In this document: one piece after another, positions 15,669 through 42,089 of the stretch
Layout of the letters: every line of letters starts with the position of its first letter
Numbering within the stretch: position 1 is the first letter of the stretch
Assembly: GCA_012295275.1 (NCBI GenBank)
Contig: CM022676.1
Span: 10,354,001 to 10,418,000 of the forward strand
Direction of reading: 5' to 3'
DNA from: Chrysomallon squamiferum
Taxonomy: Eukaryota > Animalia > Mollusca
Length of the DNA: 64,000 nucleotides
Made by a program: the position numbers and the translations under genes
Notes under the pieces: model-generated
Told to the model about the DNA's origin: nothing
The model's database searches: none
Seen by the model: only the letters and a program-made list of their open reading frames with translations

Positions 15669-16791
15669 TTATTATTATTATCATCATCGTAGTTGTTGTT
15701 GTTGCTGTCATTGTTCTCTATTTCGTCTGTATGTGTCAATGTCTGTTATCTCTGCCTACACACACACACACCTACAAAAAAAAATTGCCTCTATCTAAAT
15801 TAACGCCAATAAACACGAAATGAAAATATAAACAAACACCATATCGATCGTGTTCTGAAAAAGGCGCGGCTGTTTGATTCGGCAGACTGAACACGTGAAA
15901 ATGATGAGCAGTGCAGATTTCGATCGCGTCGCGAAATTGCGTCTTCTCACGCGATCTCGTTCATCCGGGATTTCGTCGTCTTCTGTCCGCCATTATCACC
16001 CGAAGTATACTGGGTCACCTAAAACGCCGGGGTTTATCAGATGACACGCGCGTACTTTTGTCGTTTGGCAGATAAACTAATGTTGACATTTGGCAACCGG
16101 TAAACAGCATTACGTCGGCGTTTTTTTTTTGTGTGTTTTAGATTAAAGAGATTTAAAAAAAAAAAAAAAAAAAGAAAAGAACGTTTCTTTTAGAAACGTA
16201 GAATGAAAAGTAAACCAAAACGTCACGCAGACGTAGCTCGCTTACATTTTATGTATCTCCCCCCACCCGCCCCTCTGATAAACTGTTATAGTTTGTAAAT
16301 AATTGAATTTAAAAAAAAAAAGAAGAAAAAAAAAAAAAAGGGGGGATTACTGTGTGCAATGAGGTAAAACGAGTAGGTTACAGATATATGCGCTGTTGGA
16401 TACAGATATATATATATACATATACTGATCGTCTCTTTGTATGCGTGTATGTCTTTATCGAATTACGTAGTATTAGCAAAAGTAGTAGTAGTAATAGTAG
16501 TAATAGTTGTATTAGTAATTACAGCAGAAGCAGTAATAGAACTAGTTGTAGTTGTAGTTGTAGTTATAGTAGTAGTAGCATAAGCAGCAGCAGTTATACT
16601 GATAATAACGGTAGCTATAGCAACAGTAGCAACAACAGTAGCTATAGTAGCAGAACAGCAGTAGCAGCTGTAGTAAAGGTAGTGGTAGCAGTAGCAGTTG
16701 TTGCTGTTGCAGTAATATCAGTAACGCCAGCTGTTACAAAATTGAGGAAGATACAGAAGGATTAAAGAGAGAGTGAGATAGCAAGAGAGAC

Positions 16792-16932
<141 letters not shown>

Positions 16933-18551
16933 CACACACACACACACACACACACAGGGGGTCTACAAATACAAATACAAAGAAACCAGTATCACGGCGC
17001 GATCCCGCAGTTCACATTTTACGAGGGAACATAAAACAAAAAGACATAAATCGTAGAACAAGACAAAACGTCACCTTGTACAACCGAACAGACAAACGAA
17101 AACAAAGAGCCGTTTATCCGGCCCTTTCATTACCACGAAAACCCACTTGCACACCTGTGGATTTCACCTGACGTTCCTGTTCTTAAATTTATACCAGTTT
17201 ATACCATCGTTTATTATGACACCTATTTTCTCAAATTAATTAGTTTTGAACGACTTTTCCTTTTGGTTGCGTAATCTTTCAGAATCAACACCCGTACAAA
17301 AGATAGAGGCGCTTTGGAATGGAGCGTTTAAAAGTTTGGTGGAAATTACAGACACGTGTAAAACAGTTTAAAACTGGTTTAGCAGCATGGCTGACTTTCC
17401 ACCGAGCTTTTTGTCGTCTGCAAGATGTTACAGGCGAAGAGATAGATAGATAATAGCTGGGCTGGGGATATTCTGTTGCTGTGATATCGAATTGTTTAAC
17501 GTATAATGTTAACTGTTGTTCATGGATAAAACAAAATGCGTATATATTATATATATGTGTGTGTGCATATATATATATACACATACACACACACAAACAC
17601 ACACACACATATATATATATACACATACATACATACATACATACTCAAATATACATATATACATACATACATACTCAAATATACATATATACATACATAC
17701 ATACATACTCAAATATACATACATGTACATACATAATATATATATATATATATACAATACATGCATGTATATACATACGTGCATAAAACACATATATATA
17801 TATAGACATAAATATAGATATAGATACATATACACACACACATATGCACATGCATTCTGTCTCTCGCACCACGCACACGCACGCACACACAGCTCACAGT
17901 GTCAAATGTCAAATTGCAAGCTTGAACCTTGAAAAAAATAAAACATTAACGTGCTAATCAGAGCAAGCTGCTATGAAGCAGGTTACGCAAGCTGTATTGT
18001 TTTAACTTTTAACAGTTTTCTTTGGCTCCCTGTCTTTGATGTGCAAATGACGTTTGAAGTTAATTTTAATACGTGTGTTAATACATTTGTTCAAACCACG
18101 CCCCCGAGCTACTGTTGTTAACTGCACTTCTGTGACGATTGCATTCCGTTTGACTGACAGGTGTCACTTTTAATGAGTCGCTCGTTTATCTGTTAAGTGC
18201 GTTTATATTTGTGTTAATTGTTTTTGTCATCGTCGGCGTTGTTTTTGTAACAATTGATGATGGAAGAAAGGTCTTTGTTTTACGGTTGTTGTTGTTTTTT
18301 TGTTTGTTTTTTTAAGAGTAGTCGGTGAAGTTGATAAAAAAAAAAAAAAAGCTTTTAAAATCAGACAGTAAGCTTGAAAGAATTAATGTTTATTTATTTA
18401 TTTATTTCATTTCGTTTGTTTGGTCGTTGTGTTGTTTTTGATGATTGCTTTTGATGTTGTTGTGGTTGTTACTGTTGCTTTTGCTGTTGTTAGTTTTATT
18501 TAAAAAAATGTTTACTATTTATTTACTTATTTATTTATTTATTTATTTATT

Positions 18552-18601
<50 letters not shown>

Positions 18602-21252
18602 TAATAATAATAATGATAATGATAATAATAAATAATATTATTATTATTATTATTGTTATTATTATGTGATAGTAAATATTAGAATACTAAAATAAATAAA
18701 TAAATAAATAAAAATAAATCAATAAATAAATAAATGAAATGAAATGAAATGAATGAAATAAATAAACGATTATCTTGAAAAATATTCTAGGTCATATGAA
18801 TTAATGGGTCAAAGCGCTGGAGGAAATATATTAATATCTCATTAGTTTGATGTTTTTAATCGAATATTTTTATTTTTTATTTTTTAATAAACTACTTTTA
18901 AAAAGATTACAGTAATTTTTGCTTCTTTCTTACTTATTTCTGCTTTTACTTACTATGACTGTTTATTAGCAATAGCAGTAGTAAGGTAGTAATACTACTA
19001 GTAGTCGTAGTAATTCTAGTAGTAACAGTAGTAATAGTTGTAGTAATAGTAATAGTAGTAATAACAGGAATAGTAGCAGCAATTTTGACAGTAATAGTTT
19101 TACTAGTAATTGTAGTAGATATAGGAGGAGAACTAATAGAAGTAGTGGTTGTGGTGGTAGTAGTAGTAGTACTAGTAGTAGTAGTCGTAGTGTTAATAGT
19201 AGCAGCAGCAGCAGATGTGGTAGTATTTCCCATTACTGTTATCGTTCGTTCTTTTACTCATATTTTTCTTTATATTTTTATTTTTTATTTTCTCCCAAAA
19301 GACAACAACAACAACCATGATAATCATCATCATCATCATTACCATCGTCGTTGTCGTCATCATCCACCACAAAGAACAAGAGCAAGCGTACAGTAAACGT
19401 GATGCTGTTAGTCAGGTCGCGTTTCACGTGCATAGAACAACGACTGTACGTCACAGAGAAAATGACGTATATTCACGTAATTTGATAGTCGTTCAAGCTC
19501 GTGTGTCGTTCATGAATATTTATCAAATCACCGTCTGTAAATGTATGTACTTGTGTATCTCTGTCTTTCTCTCTGTCTATGTATCTGTCTAGCTGTCTGT
19601 CTGTCTGTTTATCACTGTGTCTGTGCATCTATCATTTCATCTGTTCGTGCGTCCATATATCTGTCTGTCTGTCTGTTTTTCTTTAATTTATTTTCTTGTT
19701 CGTTTTATTCTCTTTTTTTCTGTGTATCTAACATGTTTATTTTTCTATCTGTTCCTTTTTATTTTTCTTCTTCTTCTTTCAAACATGTCAAAGACTGATA
19801 TCGTAAAAAGAATTAAAAACAAAAAAGAAAAAGAAAAGAAAGGAAATAAAACAAAAAAAAACAAAACAAACACGAGAAACGGTTAGGAAAGACAATATTT
19901 ACACAACTGTCGCGCATTTGTCACGTCTAACATTTCATCCGTCTAAAAACATTTTATTATTATTATTGTTATTCTTAAGAATTACTGTACGAAGGAAACT
20001 GGGTCAAATACTCATTTAACTTTGACCTTTGCGTTTGACAGGATTCCCGCCAATCAGTCAGCAGACACAACCTTAGTCAAACATCCGGTTGTACTATTCA
20101 CTGCTTCCGGACATTAAACAATTTAAAAAATCAATAGCGCCTTAATACGACAGGTGCTTATCATTCGAGGACACGCCCACTGTTCCGCCCCGCCCAAGTA
20201 CTTAAATTTTGTTGTTGTAGTTGTTATTATTATTAAATTTCAATATTTCTATATTTTTGTGTCTGTCTTTGATACGCACATACATACGTATATTAAAAAG
20301 TTTGATTACCTTATTGTTCTTATATATAATAAAAAAAAAATCGTTAATAGTAATAATACTAATATTCAACATAAAAAAAAAAAAAAAAAAAAAAAATCGT
20401 TAACAGTAATATTGAACTAAGAATTTTTTTTTTTTTTTTTTATAATAATAAATCATTTATCTTAAAATAAATATGTATAAATTTTACGAGAATCGATAGG
20501 AATCCCTTTTCGAATTTTATTTCCTAAATGACATTTTATAATTTGCATCAGCAGATACTTACTTCGTTTATCAATTTAATCTGTTAAATGCACTGTTAAA
20601 GTAGGCACACTGAAATAAAAATTAACGCAACCAATTTGACGAACATGTTTCTATAGTAACCAGGAATGCAGTCGTTAGGGTCCTGTTGTTTTATGCAAAA
20701 TTTATTTATTTTGGATAAACTTTTGCAGTTATTCTGGCGTTTTATTGGGGATATAATCCGAATCGGTAGTTATGTAAAGGGGAAAAAAAAAAAAAAAAAT
20801 TGTAATGATGCATTCAGTTTCTTGAAACGTCTATAATATTACCGTAGTTACTGACGTATAAGTCACAACAGCAGTTGGAAATTGATACAAAATTCATTTA
20901 ATGAATATATATAACGGTGTATGTTTTCATTTTTTCATTTTTTTTTTAAACTTTATACATTTACACATAAATTAAAACCTGATACATTGGATATATATGT
21001 ATATATACACTTAAAATATATAAATTCAAATATTCTTCTTCTTATTATTATTACAAACACAGCTATTACTACTGTTATTACTATTGTTGTTTCTGCTGCT
21101 GCTGCTGCTACTACTACTACTACGTCCACTAATACTACTAATAATAATACTACAATTTCTACTATTTCTTCCACTACTAGTGGTATTATTGTTATTATTA
21201 TTATCATCATCATCGCTATTACTGCAACTACTACTACTACACGTACTACTGC

Positions 21253-21302
<50 letters not shown>

Positions 21303-21571
21303 CTGACTAAATCGTTATTATTATTTATGATTATATCACGTTTGCAAAATAAACTCAAAATTCTTACCCTTCATGAAAAGGTCGCTTTTTTTATGTTATG
21401 TTTGATTGTTTGTGACGTCATACATTTTTAACGTTTCTCAGTGAAAGTTGTACTAATTATGACCTCGATCTAGAAACGGTGGGTTTATGAGTTAGTGACT
21501 TTGTTTTTAATAGCACGCCACACAAAAATTAAATATTTAAATTCACAGACAGAAAAAAAAAAAAGGTAAAA

Positions 21572-21602
<31 letters not shown>

Positions 21603-21819
21603 AAAAATAAAAATGGTGTGAATTTTTATTCAGGAATGTAAAATAAGAAAGAAAAAAAGAAACTTGACTTCTGTAGAATTGAAATTTCTAGAAAAACTGA
21701 AAAAAAAAAAGAAAAAAGAAAAGAATACTGGTGTTGTTGTTGTTGTTGCTGACAAACCTTTAACGACGTTACTGACTACCATTAACAGTACAACTGTATT
21801 CATTTGAACTGCTCGACCA

Positions 21820-22120
21820 TGAAATCACGTGACCGTGACGCTGATGCAGGACAGTCCGCAGCACTGGCGACATTACTGCACTGCGCACGTGAGGCGCAGC
21901 GATCAGCAGAATTTTGTTCATTAAAGTTTAGAAACTGTAACGGAGCAGTTCAAGAAACGGGAAAAAAAGTAATATTTTCAAAAAAAAAAAAGAGAAGAAA
22001 AATCAAAAAGTTATTTGCAATAAGCAGAGAGCGGCGGGCGAAGTTTTCAAAAATCAACAAAATTATCAACAGGAAATATCACCAGAATATCACCACGCAA
22101 TATCAACACGTTACGTTACC
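21820..22120 (+). promoter_or_regulatory. Putative promoter/5'UTR of the SLC1 gene
   Basis: CpG-rich island with CACGTG E-boxes (near 21826 and 21886) immediately upstream of ATG 22121. Confidence 0.4.
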
Positions 22121-31815
<9,695 letters not shown>

Positions 31816-32104
31816 AATGTCCAGGGCAGCTTCATCCATTCAAGAAAATGGCGGAGTTTTTGCTATCCATGGATTTATTTTTTCAAAACAAAGATGGAGC
31901 ATTACATAATCATTATTATCATGGCGGACGTAATTTTGAACGTTGATTGATAAAAGGAAAAAAAAATCTATATTATAATTTCTGAAATGTAATTCGAATA
32001 AACAAAACTGAATGAATGAATGAAATATATAGTAAGAAATGGAATAGATTAGTAAATGTGGAAATAAATGAATTAAATAATATAAATATCCATGCGTGCA
32101 TGTG

Positions 32105-32185
<81 letters not shown>

Positions 32186-32617
32186 CACACACACACGCTA
32201 TTTATTTGTATTTATTTTATTAAAAGTAAATGTGTCATAATTATGTTAATGTATTAAAACAAATTGTTGTGGTGCTGGTTTTTTGTTAATCACGGGATCA
32301 GGAAAATTATTATTATTACATTATATATATACAAAATTTTCTTCAAATATATTATTTATTTTAATTGTTCTATTTTTAATTTTTGTTGTTCATTCTTTTA
32401 ATTTACACAGCAATTTTCAACTTTCAATATAAAGGTCTGAACTGTTTGTGTATATATGTGTCTTTGAATTTTTGTATCTTTATGTATGTTTGTACGTATG
32501 TATGTATGTGTGTGTATGTATATATATATAAATATACACAATACATACATATACAGATACATACATACATACATAAATATACATATATAAATATACGTGC
32601 ATACATGGCACATGATG

Positions 32618-32666
<49 letters not shown>

Positions 32667-33251
32667 TTAGTAATTTTAATAAAATTAGTAATTTTAAAAA
32701 GCAAGGATAAAAAAAAAAGAAAAAAAGGAGTAATAATAACCATTTCATGATAACAAAATCAAAAACCAAACATGGAAGCCAAGCGTGTTTTCTGAAGACA
32801 AAAGTATTGTCAGTGTTGTACTGACAGACAGATGTGTTTACAATCGTCCTTATCACAATACGTTAAATGTTACCAGCTTCGGAGCACTTCGGGACAAGTG
32901 GCGTCTACGGACGATGTTTCCCGAAACCTCTTTTTATAAAGGCATGTTCACACCAAACGATTATATTACGTTGATAAAGAGGTCGCTCGCTAAAGGTGAA
33001 TTCACGCTAGATAGTTGTATCTTTTTTTTTTTAAAGAAACTGAATAAAGGTGAAAATTATTGTACGCCGATAAAGAAAGAAGATTGAACGTACTTACAAA
33101 TAGATTCACACAATTACAGACAAACAGAGGTACGTATATATACACACATGCATATATACGTAAGTACGTACATATGTGTAATAAACACAGATATACATAC
33201 CCCCTTACCAGAATAAGTATCAAGGACTCCCATATACAGATAAACAACAAG

Positions 33252-33289
<38 letters not shown>

Positions 33290-33397
33290 ATGCATATACA
33301 AAGAAACAAACATTCACATTCATTTACACAAAAATAGGTTGCTTATAAATCAAATTATATATAAGCAATTAAATTGCTTATTGACACTTATTCTGCA

Positions 33398-33582
33398 AGC
33401 TATTAATGCAAATTTTAAAAACATCCTCTCCTCTTTTTAAAATGAAATTAAACTTGCATTAAGTCTAAGTCTTATTAAGATATTGATTATATATTAATAT
33501 GTATTATGCAAGTTATTAATGCAAATTTAAAAAATATATATATCCCTCTTTTTAAGCTGAAATTAAACTTGCATTAAGTCTA
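33398..33582. repeat. ~110-bp tandem duplication downstream of SLC1
   Basis: TATTAATGCAAATTT...CTCTTTTTAA..TGAAATTAAACTTGCATTAAGTCTA present twice. Confidence 0.75.
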
Positions 33583-33664
33583 GGGCTTATTTAGATCTGG
33601 GTGGTCTGTGCCAAACTGATAACAGATGACGTCTGCTTTTCTTTGACTTTTGATTAACGTAAAC

Positions 33665-33730
33665 ATCTTCATTTCGCGGCGTCTGGCGGGAAAAAGCGCG
33701 TCACGTGTTAAATCTGGCGGGAACATTTTG
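33665..33730. promoter_or_regulatory. Promoter-like CpG island with two E2F-like sites and an E-box
   Basis: TCTGGCGGGAA twice (near 33682 and 33713) flanking GTCACGTG near 33700. Confidence 0.35.
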
Positions 33731-34049
33731 TTGCTGCAGTCTCCGGAGACTCGATTGTTCGTTTCTGTGTTTACATAAAGAGCCGACAACTCCTGAGTTT
33801 GAAAACAGCGCCTGGGGACTGGTTAGAACCTTTTGTGTTTTGGGATTTTTTTCTTCTACTCTTTTATTTTTTTTATTTTTATTTTTTTCTTTCTTTACCG
33901 TGCTAATTTCTTTTTTCTTTTCCTTTCTTTTCTTTGTTTCTTTGCTTTTTATTTTTATTATTAATTTGATTTATTTATTTGTTTTACTTTTATACTGTTT
34001 TAAACTGGGTTATTGATCGTCTGTGTTTTTGTCTAACATTTTATTTATT

Positions 34050-34131
<82 letters not shown>

Positions 34132-34374
34132 ATAGTAGTAGTAGTAGTAGTAATAGTAGTATGATTATATTATTTTGTGTGTTTGTGGTGTTTTAAAATA
34201 AATTACTTTTTGGCAGGGTTCTTCTGTTCGCTTCGCCACATTTTCGTTTATTTGTCTTCCTGTCTACGGGTTTAATTGTTTCCGTTCTCTGTCATCTTTC
34301 TCTTTCTTTCTTTCTTTCGTCATTACTCCTATCGTTTTCTTCCACGCCCTCTAAAATCTTGTCTTTGTCTGCCT

Positions 34375-34549
<175 letters not shown>

Positions 34550-35510
34550 CGCGTTCAAACAGGAACTTTCCTCTTTTCTTTTATCGATCTAAAGATTTTG
34601 TCCGTCGTTCTGTCAGTATTGATCATAAAAATCTTGTCTATTGTATGCATAATCACTAAAATATCAAGCTTTCATGCTCCTCTGTGTTATATCGTTCCGG
34701 TTCGATGAATTCGTGTCTCATTTTGATAAAAACAAATCACATAGTTCAGTCGTCTTATTGAAAAGCTTGTTATATATGTGTAGAAGTCTGAAATACAATA
34801 GGATTTGTCGTTTTAATTTGGTACATATTTCACATCGTGTCCAACCAATACAAAATAACAACAACACTACAACAATAACAATAACAATAATAAAGATTAT
34901 GATGATGATGATTCTACTACTACTACTACTACTACTACTAATAATAATAATAATGATGATGATGATAATAAGGAAGATGATAACGACCTTGACAACTGCA
35001 ACATCATCAACAGCAAGAATAATAATGATGATGATGATGATTCTAGCAGTGGCAGTAGTAGTAGTAATAACGACAACAATAAGAATAATCATAATAATGA
35101 ATATAATGATGACGACGATGGCAACAACAACAGTAACAACAATAATAATAATAATAGCAGTAGCAGTAGCAGTAGTAGTAGTAGTAGTTGTTGTATTAGT
35201 AGTAATAATAACGACATTAATGACAACGACAACAACGACGACAAGTAGTAGTAGTAGTGAAACGACATTAATGACAACGACAACTACAACAAAGACGACG
35301 ACAACTGTCTCAGACTAACTGGAGCAACATAATCCGCGTCAAGTTAATCACCGTAATTAATCTATGACTCATAATAATGACTCAGCGTGTATAGACTTGT
35401 GGACAAAGGATTTCGATTCGCCGCGGTGATGCGATAGTGAGGTTTTGTTCTCGTGTCAAACGCGAATATTCGAGATGTCTCCATTTTGCTAATTAGGCTG
35501 GATCATATAC

Positions 35511-35555
<45 letters not shown>

Positions 35556-35944
35556 AAATGAAAAGAAAAAAAAAAAAAAATGAAAAGAAAAAAAAAAAAA
35601 AAAAATAAAAAAAAAAAAAAAAAAATAAAATAAAATAAAATAAAATAAAATAAAATAAAATGAAAAGAAAAAGAAAGAAAAATAAACGAAAGGAAAAAGA
35701 AAAATAATAATTAAAAAATAAAATAAAATAAAATAAAATGAAAAAACACGTTTGAATTTTGGAGATAAGAGACGTTTTAAAGCATGATAGATAATATAAT
35801 CGATGCTCCATTGCGCAATTATTTTGTGTTTTTTTTTCTCGTTCCAGCCCATGTTCTGTAAGTGGTTTAATAAAAAATATATGTGCTGTTCCATCTGAGG
35901 ACTTGTGTGTGTGTTTGTATTTGTATATGTGTGATGTGTATTAA

Positions 35945-36021
<77 letters not shown>

Positions 36022-36064
36022 TATGTATGTGTGTGTGAGTGTAAGCGTGCGTTTGTACTATAAT

Positions 36065-36132
<68 letters not shown>

Positions 36133-37029
36133 GTCTGTCTGTCTATCTATCTATATCGGTTTGACCTTCATTTCTATCAGTATCAACTATCAGGTAATAA
36201 ATTAGATATCTAACAGATATAAATTATTACGACTGAGTGCAATACGTATTTTATTACATTTATCTTTTTCTTGAGTGTTGTTTCGATATCGTGACAGAAC
36301 TTGAATGGATAACAAATCTGTCATTTGTACCTTTGAATAACACATGAATCATTTTAATAAGTTTTATTAGGGCTAATAAAAAGAAATGAAAAATTATAAA
36401 TTAAAAGAAAGAAGAAGAAAGAGACATAAGGTGCAGTCCAAAAAAAAATCAATTCAAAGGGGGTGCAGCTAACATGTTATTTTAGCTCAGATCCGTGGTT
36501 ATCTTTCTTGTTTTTGTTTTTGTTTTTGTCTTTGTTTTTTTATTTTATTTTATTTTAATTAAATTATTTTAATACGACAGGTTATGATTATTCATCATAT
36601 TAATAGCGCCCCTGTCTTTGAAAATTCTGCAGATCATGAAAATTATATGATACCCCATCACCCCTTTTTGTTTGAAATTGTGGTTTCGTCCAATAATATG
36701 GCAGTGTTACTAATTATAGGGTATCTGTTTTTTTGTCAAATCGTTTAATAAAACAAAAAAAAAAAAACCTAAAAAAATCCCAGATTCTGTCAGAAACAAA
36801 GGTAAAAAATGTTACCCATATGTAGTTTTACTACTTCTACTAATCTACTCCTACTACTACTACTACTACTAGTATTATTACTACTATTATTACTACTACT
36901 AGTATTATTACTACTGTTATTACTATTAATATTATCACTACTACTATTATTACAAAAACTACTACTTTTACTACTGCTGCCACTATATTATTGCCACTAT
37001 AACAACAAACACTAATAACACTAATACTT

Positions 37030-37106
<77 letters not shown>

Positions 37107-37319
37107 CGTGTGTCATTGGTCTGTTGACCAAAACGTTAAAATGATTAAAGATAAATTATTATCGTTTCTGTATGTGATATTTTTGTATAGGTGGATCGAG
37201 TGAATAACCTTTTAATTTGAAATTAATACGTCTTTTGTTATTTCATTATAATTTAAGTACATTTTCTTTGTGTACGATTTGTGTATGTGAAACAGAGAGA
37301 ATTTCAAATAATAATAGTA

Positions 37320-37392
<73 letters not shown>

Positions 37393-37993
37393 ATAATAGC
37401 AGTAACAACAATAGCGGTAATAAATTAATTAATTAAAAAATATGAAGCCTAACAGAAATAAGAAATTACACGAAAACAGGATCAAAGCGAAATTACAGAA
37501 GAAGGAAGTAGGAAAGGAATTTTGATTCACTGTTCTTTTAAAATGTTTATAGGAAAATTACTAAAATATTCAAACAAATTCCTGTTAGGTAACCTATATC
37601 TGAAAATTTTACCTCGTGGGCTAACTTCAATATAAGCGTGCATAATTTATGCTAATTACGAAAATGTCAGTGGAGATTAATACGCGCTATGGGCTAAAAC
37701 AAAAACATTAAGAGATAATCAATAAACATTCCACCGACTCATCAATCATTGTGTACTTCTATAAATCTGAGGTAATGTATTTAAATACCTACCAGGATAT
37801 TAATCACTATAAATTTTCCGGTTTTTTTTTTTTTTTTTTTTTGTGTTTTCCGGCTTTAAGTTATTCGGTTCGTAAGCGAGTTTGAATACATTTCCTGTCT
37901 GTGAATAACTTTATTCTAATATTTTTATATTTCTAAAAATAAGGTTTTCCAATTTTTATTTTCTTTCATTCCGTTCAGAATTTGTTGTTGTTG

Positions 37994-38097
<104 letters not shown>

Positions 38098-38410
38098 TCC
38101 CATAACAGAATACCATTAAACAGTTTCATCGTAATAAAAAAAAAATGGCGTCATGTTAAATTAACTTATATCCACCAACGATTTAGTTATATCTGTCAAG
38201 TATTCACAGTTCAGCCATGTTATCTGCCCGTAAGAATGTTACAGAGCAGAAATAATTATCAGATAAGTACCGCGTGTACGTATTACAGCAATGTAAAGAG
38301 ATTGTATGATTTTCTTAAATCCCATAAATTAATTCATAATATCCCTACAGAGGTGTGGAAGACCAACCCAAGCCGAAATTTGAGTACAGATTTATCAACT
38401 TTGGTAGTAG

Positions 38411-38539
<129 letters not shown>

Positions 38540-39406
38540 CGTAAACAAGCTGATTATAATAGTATATTTAATATAATAAATAAATAAATAAATAAATAAG
38601 TAAATAAATTAGATTATCTACAAAATTTAATATATAAAGCTAGAAGGAATTACATTTATTGCTTGTCATACCTATTTCCATGTGACTCATTATATTGTTT
38701 TTATTTAGTGATTAGTTTCCTCTAGAAAATATTACATTATTACTTCCCAGTTTTATAATAATATTTTTCTTGTAAGGAAGAGATCTGTAATAATTATAAT
38801 GTCGTAAAGTTTCGTTAAAGGTTAAAGGACTGACAATAATATCGATCCCATTAATCTATTGGACACACTATCGATATAGTAAAATACATGCTTTAACAAA
38901 AGGTGGAATTAATTACGCCGACAATACGATGAGTGATCGTTCCTGTTTCTATTTTTAGAATAACTGCAGACGACAAACAAAACGGTGCGACAACAAAACG
39001 ATGGTTAAAAATCGATACGGTTTTATTACCTGGTGAAACAGAACAATTTATAGCGGTAATGTAATATCAAACAAATTGTGGAATAATCGTGTCCAGTTTC
39101 GTGATATTTTTATTCGTTTATTTATTTTGAAGGGTTTTAAGATTGTTGATTGTAGTAGTATGTCTTTGCCACAAAATACGATTAAAACCGACATTTCCAA
39201 TTTCCCACCGATATTTTCTTGCCAATTAGGAACTTAATGAAGATTTCAGAAATAATAGCAGACGTTCTGTATTTTTGTGAAAACAATATCGATGATGAAC
39301 AGTATATACTTAATCATGATTATCATATTAATCAAAATAAAATCAGTATAAATTTTGTTTTGATCTATTGGGGAAAAAACTAGAGCATAGAGATGGGTAT
39401 TTTGGA

Positions 39407-39471
<65 letters not shown>

Positions 39472-40095
39472 AAAACAACAAAAATCCTATCAAATTAATG
39501 CTGTAAGAGTAACTTCCCCTGTTCATTGCATTCAAGTACGTCCCTTTCCCATGCAACTGAAAAGACTACTTCACAATAAGTTTATATGACTGACCGCTTT
39601 ATATCGTGTTTATTGCTGAACTTGACTGCCATTCGTTTTTTTTTTTTTAAATAATTTAAAAATGATATGTCAAGCCCATAAAGTTAGCAAAGTTAGTTTG
39701 AGATATAGCTTCTTACGTAAGATTGATGTCATGATCTAAATGAAATTTTCAAACCATTAATTTTAATGTCAAACTTTATTATTAGAAAAGAATGGTATTA
39801 AAATATATATATATAAGAAAAAAATCCTGTATGCTTTACAATAATTAGTTTGTTTTCTCTTAATTTATATATTAATATATATATATATTAATATTAATAT
39901 ATAAACTAATTATAATTATTAAGTTACAGATATATAATTTGATACATTATTTATTTATTTATTATTATTTTTTTGATGTTGAAAATATATTTGGCTGCTG
40001 ATAATTCATAGTTGAAAAGAAGGGTAAGCACCATCATTGTGATGGACATAACTTTGAATATCACTGTTCAACAACATCAACAAAATGATGATGAT

Positions 40096-40129
<34 letters not shown>

Positions 40130-40559
40130 GTAGTAGTAGTAGCAATAATGATACAGATAACAGAAACAGAAGAAGATACATCTCTTTCTTGTGAATGTAT
40201 ATATTATGTGATAAGTTTTTATCTTGGTTTTTACTGACTGAAGAAAAAATTAATTAATTTAATTAAACTAACTAACTAACTAACTAAAAAATAAAAAATA
40301 ATAATAATAATCAATAAAATAAAATAACTAAAAACATAACTAGAATAAATAAATAAATACATAAAAAAATTTTATTTTCTATTTTTAGTAACAACATAAC
40401 TAGAATAAATAAACATAACTTTTTATTGACAACAAATAGCAGTGTCACAGTTTGACATTAAATTATACTGTTAAGACAATAATGATTACAATTAGTGAAA
40501 ATAGATTACTGTATTTGTAGAAATTAATTGATTTAAAACAGGAAAATATAACACACACT

Positions 40560-40610
<51 letters not shown>

Positions 40611-41039
40611 ACATGTATAGAACTTGCATAATTTTTGTAAACATCAAATCACAACAATGGATTGTATATAAATTTTAATATTTATATGTAATATTTACTT
40701 TAATCACTTAAGCTTTTGAATATTTAAAATATAATTTACGAATTTAATTTCACACAAAATATTTTATGGTCATTACATATTTTGAAAGATGCATACAGTA
40801 ACATTCCCCCCCCTCCAACCAGAAAAAAAAAACAAAAAACAAAACAATAATGACTTCACAATGAAAGAAAAGAAATCTAGATGATATTAATTAATTAATT
40901 AAAGATAAATGAGCAGGTCACCTTTATAGTTAATTAACCACTCATCCTCTTCATAAATATTAATGAAATAATCAATTATACTAAATTTAATCAATATGCA
41001 TGTATTAGCCAATCATAATATCACTTAGTAAAGTCACAA

Positions 41040-41262
41040 AATCTTATTAATATTTATTAGCTTGTTAATCACACTTTAAATCAACAACCTGTTTAATATT
41101 TATTAGCTAACCAATCATTATACTTCAAATCAATGAGCTAATTATAATATTCATAGCTGGTTAATCACACACTTTAAAGCAACAACCTGTTTAATATTTA
41201 TTAGCTAACCAATCATTATTCTTCAAATCAATGAGCTAATTATAATATTCATATTCTAACCT
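41040..41262. repeat. ~101-bp tandem duplication downstream of the receptor A stop
   Basis: CAACAACCTGTTTAATATTTATTAGCTAACCAATCATTA...CTTCAAATCAATGAGCTAATTATAATATTCATA present twice. Confidence 0.8.
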
Positions 41263-41718
41263 TTATCACATTTTATATCACTGGATGTGTAAAAGTTATA
41301 GTATATTTTGAAATTGCTGAATGTTGAATACTCTTCAGAAAAACAATTATTTTTATTTAATTAATAAAATATGTTTAATATTTACAAGCCATCCAGTCAT
41401 TCGTTGTACTTAATATTCATTAGATAACCATTAATAATATTTTTTATATTAATTATTAAAATGCAGAGAGAGAGAGAGGTTATGAAAACATAACTTCCAT
41501 TTTTGATTATTAGAAATAAGAAATAAGAAAAAGATCAGAAAATGAGACAGAGAGAGAGACAATTTAAGAGAAACAGAAGGACTGAGAGAATGAATAACAG
41601 TGAAAGAGAGAGAGAGAGAGAGAGCGATCGTGCATTATAAGAACATATAATTATTGAGGAATCATTGCAATGGTCACTAATTTTTTTAAATTTCTAAAGA
41701 ATGTTTTTATTCTTTAAC

Positions 41719-42055
41719 TTAGTTTCTCTCAGGCCTTTTAATTTTTAGTGTGCTTTGTTCAGCTGCTTTTGGTACCATAGGCATAAGTGTTTCCTGTTTC
41801 TAGAAAAAAAAAAAAATACACAGTACTAGTTAAATATTAATAAATAAAGAAACAAACAAACAAAGAAACAAAGAAACAAAGAATCAATCATAAAAATATG
41901 TAAGACAGTAGGTAACTATGTAAGTAAGTAAGTAAGTAAGTAAGTAAATAAATACATAAATAAATAATTCAAATACCCAGCCCCAGTGAACAAATAAAGA
42001 AACCAAAAAATTAATAATATAGTCTTAATTTGTCACTGTAAGTAGATACGTATGA

Positions 42056-42089
<34 letters not shown>

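Noticed and set aside
36430-36613. Possible hAT MITE end (GCGCCCCTG)
   Set aside because: No matching opposite TIR or target-site duplication.
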